Shown here: piece after piece, positions 36,632-48,335 of the stretch
How the letters are laid out: each line of letters starts with the position of its first letter
Position numbering within the stretch: position 1 is the stretch's first letter
NCBI GenBank assembly: GCA_000388065.2
Contig: KB932204.1
From: Fonticula alba ATCC 38817
Taxonomy: Eukaryota; Protista; Nucleariida
Reading direction: 5' to 3' (one strand)
DNA length: 64,000 nt
Program-made: the position numbers and the translations under genes
Notes under the pieces: generated by a model
What the model was told of the DNA's origin: nothing
What the model saw: the letters and a program-made list of their open reading frames with translations, nothing else
Database searches by the model: none

Positions 36632-39600
36632 ATGGATGGGCGGCTCATGCACCCGCGGCGCCCCTCGGCCGCCCTGCTGGCCCTCCTGCTGACCGCCCTT
36701 GTGGCCGTGCTCCTACGCGCTGAAGCGGCAAACCCCGTCTGTCCCCCGGTTGTGCCCCCCTCGACGCCGGATCCCCCCACGCCAGATGCGCCCCCCCTCA
36801 AACGCGTCACCTCGTTGCGGGTAGACATGCGGCCGATTGCCGGGCGATTGGATGGCTTCCGGACTTTTGTGTCCGGCCCATCACCCTCGGTACACCTGCT
36901 CCTTGGCAGCGGGGCCTTCAATGGGCGTGTCCTGCTGGACACTCGGATGTCCGATCTAGGCCTGTTGCACAGCAACCATTGCACCTATCTGCCTCCCCCC
37001 CCGCTTCCGGGGGACTCCTCGAGCGGTGCCTCAGGCAGTGACCCGGGGAGCACTCCCTCAAGCAGCTCCTCAGGCAGTGCGCCGGGCAGCACTCCGGGCA
37101 GCGTTTCGGGAAGCACTTCGGGCAGCACTTCGGGCAGCGCTTCGAGCAGCGCTTCGAGCAGCGTTTCGGGCAGCGCGTCGGGCAGCACTCCGGGCAGCGC
37201 TCCGGGTAGTGCGCCTGGTGATGCCTCTTCAAGTGCTGCCGCCTCAAGTGCATCGGCTCCGGCTGGGTCAGCATCATCAGCTCCAGCGGGCTCGGAACCG
37301 GCAGCCTCTCACTCCGAATCCAGCCCCGCGTCATCTGGCGCCGGGTCAGATCCTGTGTCTCCTCCAGAGACGGGGCTTCTTGACATGGCTCTTGGCCCGG
37401 GACAGGTTCTCCTTCGGGATCTTACCCCCTCGCGGCACCCGAGCTCTTGGGTTCCTTTCTCTGGCATGGTGTACACTTTTGGCAGGGCGGTCGAGAGTGC
37501 CATCCGGCGTGTGCTACCGGGTGGGACAGCGCAGCCGGAGGCGATTGGCCTGCCCCTGAGCAGCGCCCGCCCGCCACAAATGGACTCCACCTCTTCGGAT
37601 GAGTCACTCCTGCTGTCCAAGACCAACCTCCCGCCCTCTCTCTCGCGGTCCTGTCTCTTCCCGAACACCACGCTGCCAGACAGCCTCGAACAGGTCCCCT
37701 GCTGTGTGTGTACCGATCAGGTGGTCGTCAACTTGGTCCCCGAGTCCAAGGTCCGCCGACGCCATTGGCCGACCCTGCCCCCTTCGCCCCTTTGGCCCCT
37801 GTCCTCTACTCCCCTCGCCCCCGTCCTTCTCTCCGCCTTCTTCATGTCCCGCTACTGCCTCCGCAGGTCATGCTACTTACCCAAAGGACACTGTCCCCCT
37901 GCTCATGTAGTTCACCTTTGTCTCGAACGGCGTGTCCATCGAGCCCACTCCCTCCATCGATCCCGATCCTCTTGGCTTCGTGACCCTTTACAATGACACA
38001 GCTCGCACCTGGTACTGGGCTGGTTCCGGCGGTCGCCTTGGTCTGGCTTATCCGGGTGCGTCTGCTCCCTCTCTCCATCTATCTTTTTTCTCTCTCTCTC
38101 TCTCTTTCTTTTTTTCTCCCTCTCCCTCTCCCTCTCCCTCTCCCTCTCCCTCCCCCCTCCCTCTCTCTTTCTCCTTTTCCCTTTCCCTCGCCCTATATTC
38201 ACCGTCCTTTCCCCCTCTGAACATTGTGACCCTCCTTCTTTTCTCGCGCTGCATGACAAAGTGGCCCGCTCGACGGCCAACTTCGTGGCTTCACACCTTT
38301 TGGACCTTCCCTGGGTTCCGCCTCCGCCAGTGGAGGAAAGTGGCAGCAGTGACATCAGCGGCAGCAACAGCACCGGCGGTGGCAGCACTGGTGGCGAGAG
38401 TCCCAGGATGGGCGGCTTGTCGCGCGAGTCCGAAGGGTCTGCTTGTGCCACAGCCAGCACATCCAGCCAGTCGGCCTCTTCAAGTCCCTCCGGCTCTTCA
38501 GGTTCCTCAGGCTCGGAGTCCCCGCCGAATCCCTACCCACCGGACCGCGCGGCCGCTGGGCCGTACGCCGGATCGCGTTTCCTGCTCCCAGGTGACTCGG
38601 CTCGGCGCATCATTCTGTTGGATTTGCTCCCCCCCTCGTGCCCCAGCTATGTGCATTTCCTTGTGTTTGATCATCCCTCCGGATCGGAGGACTCCAGTTC
38701 CGGCTCGACTCCCTCGGGCTCCGGCTCCAGCTCGACTCCCTCGGGCTCCGGCTCCAGCTCGGCCCCTTCGAGCTCCGGTTCCGGCTCCGGCCCCAGCTCG
38801 GCCCCTTCGGGCTCCGGCTCCAGCTCGGCCCCTTCGAGCTCCGGTTCCGGTTCGACCCCCCCGGGTTCCGACCCCGGCTCCGGCTCCGGCTCGGTCCCCC
38901 CGGGCTCCGGCTCCAGTGCCTCGGGCTCCGGATCATCTCCTGCTGATTCTGGATCAACCCCTGCAGGCTCCAACCCAAGTCCGGGCGATTCTGGCTCTGG
39001 CTCAACACCAGTGGGGTCCGGGTCAGGTGCTCCCACTTCCGGCTCTTCGGCATCTGACTCGCAGCCGGCCTCGTCGTCAGCTGGCTCTCCTGCCTCCGGC
39101 CCTGGCGATCTTCCCCCGGCAGAGGGCCTGGCATCCTCTTTTTTGGCTCGTTCTTCTGGTGCCGATGCTGCTTCAGCCGGTGCTTCTTCACCCTCCGACT
39201 CGGAGCCTACCCCTGGCTCCGGCTCTGCTCCTGGCTCTGGCTCTGCTCCTGGCTCTGGCTCTGCTCCTGGCTCTGGCTCCGGCTCTGCTCCTGGCTCCGG
39301 CTCTGCTCCTGGCTCCGGCTCTGCTCCTGGCTCCGGCTCTGCTCCTGGATCTGGCTCTGGCTCTAGCTCTGCTCCTGGCTCTGGCTCCGGCTCTGGCTCA
39401 ACTCCCGGCTCCGGCTCCACCCCCGGCTCCGGCTCCACTCCCGGCTCCGGCTCCACTCCCGGCTCCGGCTCCGACTCCGGCTCCACCCCGCATGAGCTCA
39501 TTCCAATTGGGCCCAACTACCCATGGAACGATGTTTCTCTTCCAGTGGATCCCTCGCCGCCGGTCCCCGAGCACCTCTTCTTTTCGGAGCGGTCCTTCGC

Positions 39601-41014
39601 TTGGTCTGATCGAAACACTCTGCCAGGGTGCTCCTCTTACCGGGATTACTATCTGACTTTGTATGACCTGTCTGTCGGGTGCAATTCCCTGCCAGAGCAT
39701 GCCGAGCCTCCGCTCATCTCCGATGGCATTCGGCTGTTCACCAATGTCTCAGACCACATGGTGGCCACGGTCGAGCTACAGGAGCCCTGCCTGGCCCTGC
39801 CCCCTGACGCCTTCAAGTCGGTGCGTGCACCCCTCGCCTTTTCCTTCGGCCCTTGTGACGTTTCCCCTGTTGCGCGATGTCCACTGACTCCCTTGGTCTT
39901 CAATTGTGGCTTTCGCGCCGGGGGCCGCTGTGCCTCTGTGGGGCCTCCTCTCGCCCTGCTGGGGACCCGTGCCTCCGCAAATGACAAAGCTCATGGCCTG
40001 GATCGGCGCCACGTGTAACTTCCCGCCCACCGGCTTTTCCACGAGCGTTCTATGCACCGTCAACCCCAGATATGAATTGCCGTGGATCCGCTTCCGTCTG
40101 GCCTCCGGCTCGACATCCAACAGTCGCTTCATCTACCTGCCCTTGGAGACGCTGCGTTTGGGGAGCAGCTCCGAGTACGTGCTGTCCATTGCCATGCTTC
40201 GCCCCCGTCTCCTGTCTGGGTGCTCGTACCTGACCGTCTTCTGGCACCTGACATCCCCATTTCCATTGTGTGGACGCCTAGGACTTGCATCAAGAACACG
40301 GCCGTCCATCAGATGGTCAACCACCGCGGATATCAAGTGAGCCCGAAGATCGCCATCTTCGGCAGCTTGTCGTTGGCCAACCTGCGGGTGGCCTTTGATT
40401 GGACCAACTTCCGCGTTGGCATGCAATCTCGCACTGGGCCGAACTCGCGACAGTGGCTCTCGACATCTGCGTGCCGCAAGGCGGACACCTGCTTTGGCGG
40501 GCAAACGTACAATGAGGTACAACGAGCCCCTGAGCCGGTCCTTTATCTCCAGTTTCCTGCCTTGCCTCTACTCCCGTGTTACTTACTATTTCTCTCTCTC
40601 TCTCTCTCTCCTTCTCCCACTCCCACTCCTTGCTCGTGTGTTGCTCACTCTCATTGGAAAATGATTGACAGCAATTCAACATCTGCGAGGACCCCAATTG
40701 CAGCCAGTTCGCTTTCCAGCATCTTGACCCGCTTACCCACTCCTGTGTTACGGTACGCGTCTCACAGCCCGTTGCCCGGACTTTCATTGAACGCACTCGC
40801 TTTCTGACACTCCACACACACGCTTCGCTGCCTGTCCGTCTTTCCCTCCCCCTGGATCCAGAATACCGGCTTCCATGTGGGCATCGTCCTCTTCTGCCTG
40901 CTCATGGGAGGCTTCGACTTCCTGCTGTCGCTTCTGGCGCGCAAGGCCGCTGCCCGGTCGATCGCCCAAACCGACCTCGTCAATTACACGATCGAGCGCT
41001 CCTTGCAGAGCTGA
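36632..41014 (+). CDS. Type-I membrane pepsin-fold (A1) protein with degenerate catalytic motifs and Gly/Ser-rich insertions; 7 exons (36632-37750, 37911-38055, 38262-39820, 39990-40174, 40282-40516, 40672-40752, 40862-41014), ~1158 aa
   Basis: Signal peptide ([16 protein letters not shown]). Pepsin-like segments are [47 protein letters not shown] and [23 protein letters not shown]-terminal Cys cluster, then the TM segment [20 protein letters not shown]. Exons sum to 3477 nt, in frame. Confidence 0.75.
37021..37215 (+). repeat. Coding 12-bp imperfect repeat (GGCAGCACTCCG-like; GSTP/GSAS) within the pepsin-fold gene
   Basis: Translates as ..[46 protein letters not shown]. Confidence 0.8.
39212..39489 (+). 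repeat. Coding 18-bp imperfect tandem repeat (CCTGGCTCCGGCTCTGCT; [12 protein letters not shown]) within the pepsin-fold gene
   Basis: Roughly 13-15 hexapeptide units visible in both DNA and translation. Confidence 0.9.
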
Positions 41015-41175
41015 GACCCCTCATGCTGTGTCTCTCCCCGGGGCTCTCTCTCCCCTTTGCCGCCACTCAGTCTCCGGCTGCCCGGGGAAGGAATCCCCCC
41101 CCCCCCCCCCCCCGCACGTCTGCTCTCCGGCCATTCCGAGATCGCCTTTCCCATTCGCCCGCATCGGGCACGCCC

Positions 41176-41206
<31 letters not shown>

Positions 41207-41499
41207 GCACACGCGGTGCATGTTTTCCGGTTCCCCTCCCCCCGCCTTGCCCTTACGTGCCTCGATAGGCAGGCGGCCGGCGAATGCCGCAATGCACGCC
41301 CAAAGTGTGCCTTTACACGGGGACTCACATGTATGTACAAATACACATATAAATACGTCAACACAAGGGTGTCATGCGTGTATGCACGGCGCCTTGCCCA
41401 TCGGTCCGGGGTCGCGCGCGAGGAAAAGAGAGAGAGAGAGAGAGAGAGAGACGGGCTATCATCTCCGAAAGGGGCAGATGCGCACATGCGCAGATTATA

Positions 41500-43485
41500 T
41501 TACAGGAAGTTGTACCAGTAGAAGGCACACAGGGCAAGGAAGGCAAGGACAATGGAGGTAATGCGGATGGCCAGGCGGCCGCGGGAGCTGGCTCGCGGGG
41601 CCGGGAGACCGGTATCGGCGTCGAGGCCGTCTATGATGAGGCGGGTTTTGCTGATGCCGACCACCAGCACGCAGTCGTGGCTGACATAGGACGCCGGGGC
41701 GGTGGGCTGCTGCAGCCGGTCGGATGTCTCGGGCCCGGAGAGGAAGGCCTCCAGGTCGCGAGAGCGCTTCCAGGCGTCGGTGGCCTCCGGCGCCGGAGCC
41801 GGGGCCAGCTGCTCATGCAGGTAGCTGTCCGGCAGGGAGATGACGATCTCCGGGACCGGGTCGGCATCAGGATCGGGGTCGACATTGGCCAGCGGAGCCG
41901 GCGGGCCGCCGCGCAAGCGCGCGCGCTGCCGCGCATCGAAGCAAGAGCACACGGCAACCGGGGAGCCCGACCCCCGGGGCTGATGCAGCGTGGCAAAGAG
42001 ACAGCGCATACGCGGGCAGCCAAAGAGGCAGGGGTGCAGGTCACCATCGAGGGCAGTGGCATGGGAGCCGGCCACAGGGCCAGACCCGATGGGCAGCATG
42101 GGGCCCGGATCGCCCGGGGGCGGTGGTGGTGCTGGCGACCCGGCCGGCGGAGGCGGCAAAGGCGGCGATGCCGGGGCCCGGAGGATGGACAGCTCCCGGC
42201 TCGGGCCGCAGGGACGGGTGACCGGCAGCAAGGAGTCGGTGGTGACATCGCGCCGGTGTGCCGGGCCGGGGGCCACCTGCGCACAGCTGGCAGTCGAGGG
42301 CATGCGCGTGGCAGTGGTGGCCGCGGCCACCAGGGACGGGGCATATGCCTGGACTTCGCGCTCGAAGGGCTGGCACAGGGGGCAGGCGCCGAACAGGGGC
42401 CCGGAAAGCGGGGGCAGCGAGCCGCCGGCCGAGTCCAGGCCTGGCAGGAAGGCCGGGGCGCCGGGTCCGGCCGGCGGGCAGGCGCAGGGGCACCGGCAGA
42501 TGTCGGCCAGCCCCGGTGGCCACGGATGGCCGGGGTCGGATCCGCCACCAGTACAGGAGGACGCGGCCAGCAGGCGCTGGAGCTCGCGCGCCGGCAGCCG
42601 CCTCAGGTATGGCGAGTGGGCGGCCAGAAGGAGTGAGCAGGCGGCCCCGCCGGAAAAGTGGCCTCGCGCCAGGCAGGGCACCGCGGCGGCCGAGGGCTGC
42701 AGTGTGGGGGCCGGCGTGTCGACCGACGGGCCGTACACCGGCCGGCGGATGACAAAGCGGAATCGCCCGCCGAAATCTAAATAATGCAGGAGCCCGAGAT
42801 TCCACACCAGGACATATGAGGCGGGCGGGGCCGCGTCGGAAGGGCCTCCAGGGTCGGAGGGCGCCGGCTCGGCCGGTATCGATGGCCCGGCCGGCGGGGG
42901 GGACTCGGCCGGCGGCGCATCCTCGGCCGCCACGAAGAGCGACCGCATGGCAAGCATGTACTGGTGGAAGGCGGCAACCACGTCGGAGGGGGCGGTCTTT
43001 GAGAGGGTCCCGGTGACGACGGCGGCCACGGCGGCGGCGGCGGCCGCCGCCGCGGTACGCTCCGTGTCCGTGATGATGCCGGGCCCGGGAGCCGCGGCCG
43101 GGGGGGGCGACGGGCCGGGCCGGGGGCCAGGACGCCGGCGCTGGGTCGCGCTGCTGACGCCCAAGGCCACGGGCGGCGGTGGCGGCAGGGGAGGCGGCCG
43201 GGGGGAGAGGGCCTCGCCGGCGGCCGGCGGGCCACCAGTGTCGGGGCCGGCCGGGCGGTGGTCCACAAAGATGACGACATTCTTGCCGAGGTCGATGCGG
43301 GCTTCGATGGCGACCGAGGCGGCGGCGGCCGAAGCGCGAGCTTCCTGCGCAGACTGGCGGGCACCATTCACGCCGTGCGGGAGGAACTCCCTCCCGGGTT
43401 CGGCCTCAGCGAGGTCATCCAGCCGCAGGGACCAAGCACGCGTGCGCACCGACGATGACTTCCATAGGCGCTTGATGGACGCCAT
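41500..43485 (-). CDS. Hypothetical ~661-aa protein with Cys clusters and a single C-terminal transmembrane helix; 5' end uncertain because of gap 43595-43705
   Basis: Long uninterrupted frame with coding-like composition that ends LAIRITSIVLAFLALCAFYWYNFL*. An acceptor-like pyrimidine tract + CAG lies just upstream of the ATG, so an upstream exon is possible. Confidence 0.65.
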   Translation of the reverse strand: MASIKRLWKSSSVRTRAWSLRLDDLAEAEPGREFLPHGVNGARQSAQEARASAAAASVAIEARIDLGKNVVIFVDHRPAGPDTGGPPAAGEALSPRPPPLPPPPPVALGVSSATQRRRPGPRPGPSPPPAAAPGPGIITDTERTAAAAAAAAVAAVVTGTLSKTAPSDVVAAFHQYMLAMRSLFVAAEDAPPAESPPPAGPSIPAEPAPSDPGGPSDAAPPASYVLVWNLGLLHYLDFGGRFRFVIRRPVYGPSVDTPAPTLQPSAAAVPCLARGHFSGGAACSLLLAAHSPYLRRLPARELQRLLAASSCTGGGSDPGHPWPPGLADICRCPCACPPAGPGAPAFLPGLDSAGGSLPPLSGPLFGACPLCQPFEREVQAYAPSLVAAATTATRMPSTASCAQVAPGPAHRRDVTTDSLLPVTRPCGPSRELSILRAPASPPLPPPPAGSPAPPPPPGDPGPMLPIGSGPVAGSHATALDGDLHPCLFGCPRMRCLFATLHQPRGSGSPVAVCSCFDARQRARLRGGPPAPLANVDPDPDADPVPEIVISLPDSYLHEQLAPAPAPEATDAWKRSRDLEAFLSGPETSDRLQQPTAPASYVSHDCVLVVGISKTRLIIDGLDADTGLPAPRASSRGRLAIRITSIVLAFLALCAFYWYNFL

Positions 43486-43594
43486 CGGGACACGGCTGTA
43501 CCAGGGGGAAAGGAAGCGGGCCTGGGAGGATGGGTGGAGGGGGGAGGGTGGAAAGAGAAAGGGAGGGGGCAGGAGAGCAGGGGCGGAGGGGGAG

Positions 43595-43705
43595 NNNNNN
43601 NNNNNNNNNNNNNNNNNNNNNNNNNNNNNNNNNNNNNNNNNNNNNNNNNNNNNNNNNNNNNNNNNNNNNNNNNNNNNNNNNNNNNNNNNNNNNNNNNNNN
43701 NNNNN
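43595..43705. other. Assembly gap (111 N)
   Basis: N run flanked by G-rich sequence. Confidence 0.99.
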
Positions 43706-44785
43706 GGGGGAAAGGCAGCCAGGGGGCGGGGGCATTTTCCAGTTGGGAGAAGGGACAACGGAGGAAAAGGGGGGAGGGGGGGGAAGCTGGATGAGAGGAG
43801 GCACAGGTGTGTCAAGCGCGCAGGAGAGGGAAGAGTTGGCCCCCGAGGAGAAGTTGCGGCGCGGCGAGAGCGGGAGGCGAGGAGCAGGGGGAGAGGGGTC
43901 TCAGGTGTGTACTGATTCGCTGGCACACCCCTTCCACGAGAATGTGCCAGCGCGCGCGCGCGAGCACAGACGGGCGGGCATGAAAAAAAGAGGAAGAAAA
44001 AAGCACCCAACCAACCGTTCGCCTCCTGGGAAGCGCGCGCGGAGGGCCGAGCACCCCCCGGCCCCCGGGGCGCGAGGGCTAGAAAAGAAAAAGAAAAAAC
44101 AGGCCACGCCATCGGCGACCTGTACCCAGAGGGGGGGGGGGGGGCACCGGGCCGGTCCGGAACACCGCGCGAGCATGCCCGGGTGCAATCAGAGGGCGGC
44201 CCCTGCAAACGAGAGCGCGGCCCAACCCCGCCCTGCCTCGGGGCCCGGTCCCCATGGCCCCTGCGCCGGGAGCCGGCACGGTTGCCACAGGCGGGGCCGT
44301 CTGGGCTCCTCCGGGTGGCGTTGCCCCCCTCGCCGGCGTGCCCCCCTCCCTCCCTCCCCCCCCCGACCGACGGATGCGGCGTGAAAGTGCGTGGCCGATC
44401 GGGAACCGGCGAGCGTGTGCCATCGAACGAGGATTCACGTGTGAGTGTCACTAGACCCACGCGATGCACATGATGGCACCGGGGAATGCTCCCCGAAGGG
44501 CGCCCACGGCTCAGTTAAATCCGAGCATTGGGGCACAAATGTGAGAACAGCCAGACAGCGTATGGGCCAAAATCTACCATTTAAATAAATCCTGCATGTT
44601 GGCCAGACCGCGGATCAAAAGTCTCACTTCCTCCCTGCTGCCGCTGCCGGTGGCCTCTGTGTTTCCAACGGCGAGATGCCCCGCGCTGCCATGTGTGCCG
44701 GGCCTGTTTTTCGCGGGGGGGATTTCTGCGCCGCGGTCGGCGGGCGCCGCATGGCGCGCCCTCGAGTGGCGGACGCCAAAAAGTA

Positions 44786-44864
44786 TGATTGGAGTGGGAC
44801 TCGAACCCACGCGGTTTCCCACCAGTGCCTTAAACTGGCGCCTTAACCACTCGGCCATCCAACC
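44786..44864 (-). tRNA. tRNA-Leu(AAG)
   Basis: GGTTGGATGGCCGAGTGGTTAAGGCG-CCAGT-TTAAGGC-ACTGG, variable arm, GTGGGTTCGAGTCCCAC-TCCAATCA, followed by a T-run terminator. Confidence 0.96.
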
Positions 44865-45085
44865 TCAAGATACATGGCAGGCTGACGGCGGCGCTGATAT
44901 TGTGCGCGCCGGATGCCATGCCGGGCGGGCCGCTCGGAGTTTGCGCCGCCTGCCTCTGCCTCACCTACCCCGCCTCCTTGTGCCCCGCCCGCCTCTGGTG
45001 CCGTCTCGGCGCCACACGAGGTCGCCCTTGCTCACTTGGCCATAATATATCATGCACCTAGGATCTCCGCCGCAAGGACGGAGAG

Positions 45086-45124
<39 letters not shown>

Positions 45125-46068
45125 TGTGTGTTGATCGCCACCGAGGCCATGCCCAACAGCCGCCTGGGTGCGTCATCTTCTCCCGGGGCCTGCTGCTCCT
45201 TCCCAGGCCCCCCTAGAGAGGGATGCCGCTTTTCTGGGGTCCCACTCCCCGGGACTTTGGGGGATGGTGATTCCCCTGGAGAGGACTGTGGCTTCGTGTG
45301 GGCCTGTGTGTCACTGCCCGCCGATCGCCGACCTGCCTCTTTCCCTTTGGAAGCTGTTGCTTTTGCCCAGCCGGCGGCCCTCTGGGGGTGGAGGACCCCG
45401 GGTCATCCCCAGGCCCCCTCGTCCATGGCCTTGGGTTAGAGGTCCGGACCGAGGCGCTTCGGGCATTTCGTGGGCCTCGCGGCGGCCGGCCTTCCGGCCA
45501 CGACCCTCTCTCCGCTCGGACTGGAGGCCGCCCGGGATGGGCAGGGTGGCATGTTCGCCTTCTCGGGCGCCGTCCTGCATGGCCCCACAGGCTGGAGGGG
45601 TGTGCCCTGCGCGCAGGGCGACCACTCGCGACCCGAGGACCGCAGAGGGGGGCATGCCGGATGGCGCGAAGCAAGATTGGACGCCCTCTTTGCTGGCACC
45701 CGCCCAGGGCCGGGCCCTTCGGCGGCGGCCCTTTCCCCGCCATCGGTCCCACCGGGCGAGGCTGGCCACAGATGCCTGAGTGCAGAGAGAATGTCCCCAC
45801 CTTCATATGTTTGGCCTTCAGGGCCGAGGGAAGGCCGCGAACGACAGGCGTGCCCCGCCTGCTAGGGGGGGGGGGCACCCAGTTGAATCCCGCTGCGGGC
45901 TCGGGATTGGCAGGGGCTCGGCGCTGTTGGCTGTGGCAAAGTCCCCTTTTGATGCCCTGAGTGCCGGACCCGAAGCTTACGCCGGTTGTCGCTTCGCCAG
46001 GCCCGATGGTCTCCCGGGCAAAGGGCAGCTTCTTCGTCAAATAGCCCGAATGGGCGGCCCTACGTCAA

Positions 46069-46142
46069 GGCCCCATAGCTCAGTTGGTTAGAGCGTCGTG
46101 CTAATAACGCGAAGGTCGTCAGTTCGATCCTGGCTGGGGCCA
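46069..46142 (+). tRNA. tRNA-Ile(AAT)
   Basis: Full cloverleaf GGCCCCATAGCTCAGTTGGTTAGAGCGTCGTG-CTAATAA-CGCGA..GTTCGATCC..TGGGGCCA, then TTCCTTTT. Confidence 0.97.
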
Positions 46143-46501
46143 TTCCTTTTGAGCGTTTTGCCTGTCCTGGCTGCCGTGTTGTCTTGCGGGGAGGGGGCGG
46201 GCGGCGTCCCTCTGCGGGAGATTTGGCCGGTGTGATGGGGCGCCTTTTTTTCGGCAGGAGGAGGGGAGACGGGGGCCCGGCACGCGCGTCAGGAGGGCAA
46301 TCCCGCGGCGTGTCTCGCTGGTTGACACAAGATGTCCCGCCGCCGCCGCCGCCGCCGCCGCCGGGGCCGGCTCTCGGGCGGCCTTCTGCCAAACGGCCCG
46401 CCTCGCGCCCTGTCGTCGCCTGGCCAGGCCGCGGGTGATTATTGATGGAAAAAAATACGGCCGGATGGACCCAGGGGGAAGGCCAAAAAGAACGGAGAGT
46501 G

Positions 46502-46572
46502 TGCGTCGACCGGGAATCGAACCCGGGTCTACCGCGTGGCAGGCGGCAATTCTACCACTAAACCATCGACGC
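46502..46572 (-). tRNA. tRNA-Gly(GCC)
   Basis: GCGTCGATGGTTTAGTGGTAGAATTGCCGC-CTGCCAC-GCGGTAGACCCGGGTTCGATTCCCGGTCGACGCA. Confidence 0.97.
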
Positions 46573-48262
46573 TGTACACTCCTCGTCCGGAGGCCGCGCG
46601 CCTACATGTTGTGCCTTGCCTTCGTTGTTGGACCATCGCGCTGGCGAGACCCGCCAAGCCGGCCTGCTCCCGGGGGAGGGGGCAACTCGCCCGAGGCCGC
46701 CGCGAGTTGGACACCCTCGGCGGGATGCCCAGGCGGGCATGCCCCAAGGGCCGGACGCCGGGGCGGGCGCCGCACCCCAGCATCTCCCCTCAGCGGAGCC
46801 GTGCTGCGACGCTGCTGCGGGTCGTGGGCGGTTGAGGGGTTGTTGCGCCAACATGGAGGCCACCAGCGGGCGTGGCTCGCGTGGGGCAGTTCGCTCGACG
46901 TTTGCCCGCGACAGGGGAGGGGACGCCCCCTGACAGTGCCGCTTGAGCGGGCGGTGGCCCGCCGGGTGGGGCGGAAACAGGGTTCCTGCGTGTTCCGACC
47001 CCGAGCCGTCTTTCGGTGGTGGAAGGGCCGTGTGGCTTCCTTGCGGCCGGTTTCAAGGTGCAGTGATTTCGACCGGGCCCCAGATGCGGGCTCCGGGCGC
47101 TGGCGTGCCATGGCCCCCGTCCGCGGCCCGGGGGATCGGAGATCTTTGGCGAAGGGGCGCCGAGCATCGTCCGGCGGGATGGCGAGCCTGCCCCTTTGGC
47201 GGGGGAGGGCAGCAGCCAGGAGGAGTCCCCGCTGTGCGGGGCATTTTGAGTGCTCCTTGTGCCGTGGTTTTCCTGGGGGCAGGTCCGTCCCGGAGGCCAC
47301 CAAGAGGACGAGCTGCTTCGCCGACAGGGCAGGCCGCTTGCCCGTGGGCGCGCACTCCGAAGGCCCGACCCATCCGGCGAGGGGATTCGCTTGGTCGCAG
47401 GGTCGAGCCGGCTGCCATTTCTGGCTCTACTGGCTGCCGGCACCGGGAGAGCGGGCTCGGTGTGCCGGGCCCCCTGGCCATTGGGGCCAGTGGGTGCCGG
47501 GTGGAGGGTGTGCCAGATTGACACTTGGCGCCGAGAGAATGGACGACGGCCGGACGGGGCACAGGGGAAAGAGGGTCCTTTGCCAGGAAGTGAAAGGCCT
47601 TGCACATTCCGAAGGGGAGGGGCCCGGGCCGGAGGAAGGGCAGCGAGCTGGGCCTAATGCCTGCAAAAGGGCCGCGCGGCGTCCTGTGCCATACAGGCCG
47701 CCATGTAGCCCCGGACCTGTGCCGGCGGGGAAATCGACATCCGTCGACATCCATCGGCGGCGCGAAGTGGCCCCCGGAAAAGACCCCCACACAAATACCA
47801 TAGCCAGTGGCCCGGAATTCCGCGGCGTCCCAATGTGCGGACGCGCCTCCGGCGCAAGGAACACCCATGCCATGGGCTTGTCCGTGCAGGGAGCCGGGGA
47901 CAGGCGCGTGGGCCGCCCACGCGCCGGGTGTCCGTGCGAGATCCAGACATGCCCGGGGCCCGGGGGACCGGGGAGCCGCCCCCACAGGGCGTGGCATCAG
48001 GGGCCGGAGGAGCAAAGGGTGGGCTGGGTTCTCCGCTGCGATGGGCAGAGGCACCTGCCGGGCGTGGCGGGTCTTGTGGGTGTGGACTCCGCGAGGAGGG
48101 GGCGCCCTCGCGGTCGGCCATGCAGACGGGAAAGTGGCTCGGGGAACACGCAACATCGTCCGGGCGGATGGCCCCCGCGGCGGCTGCCCGGCCCGGAGGC
48201 CCGCCCAGGCGGGACGGAGAAGCCCGACAACAAAAGAGCGAGATCCCCGCACGAGTACGCAA

Positions 48263-48335
48263 GCCTGTTTAGCTCAGTTGGTAGAGCATGGGACTCTTAA
48301 TCCCAGGGTCGTGGGTTCGAGCCCCACAGTGGGCT
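48263..48335 (+). tRNA. tRNA-Lys(CTT)
   Basis: GCCTGTTTAGCTCAGTTGGTAGAGCATGGGA-CTCTTAA-TCCCAGGGTCGTGGGTTCGAGCCCCACAGTGGGCT, with TTTT at 48340-48343. Confidence 0.95.

Noticed and set aside
44460-44600. Lower-GC patch with small hairpins (GGGGA-ATGC-TCCCC; GCTC..GAGC D-arm-like) and an ATGATG box-C-like word
   Set aside because: No B box, D box or cloverleaf. More likely promoter DNA of the minus-strand gene; an Infernal search would be needed to call an ncRNA.
45930-45960. GGCAAAGTCCCC, similar to the RNase MRP/P CR-I motif
   Set aside because: It is followed immediately by TTTT, and no matching CR-V (AnAnnGGGGCTnA) partner was found.
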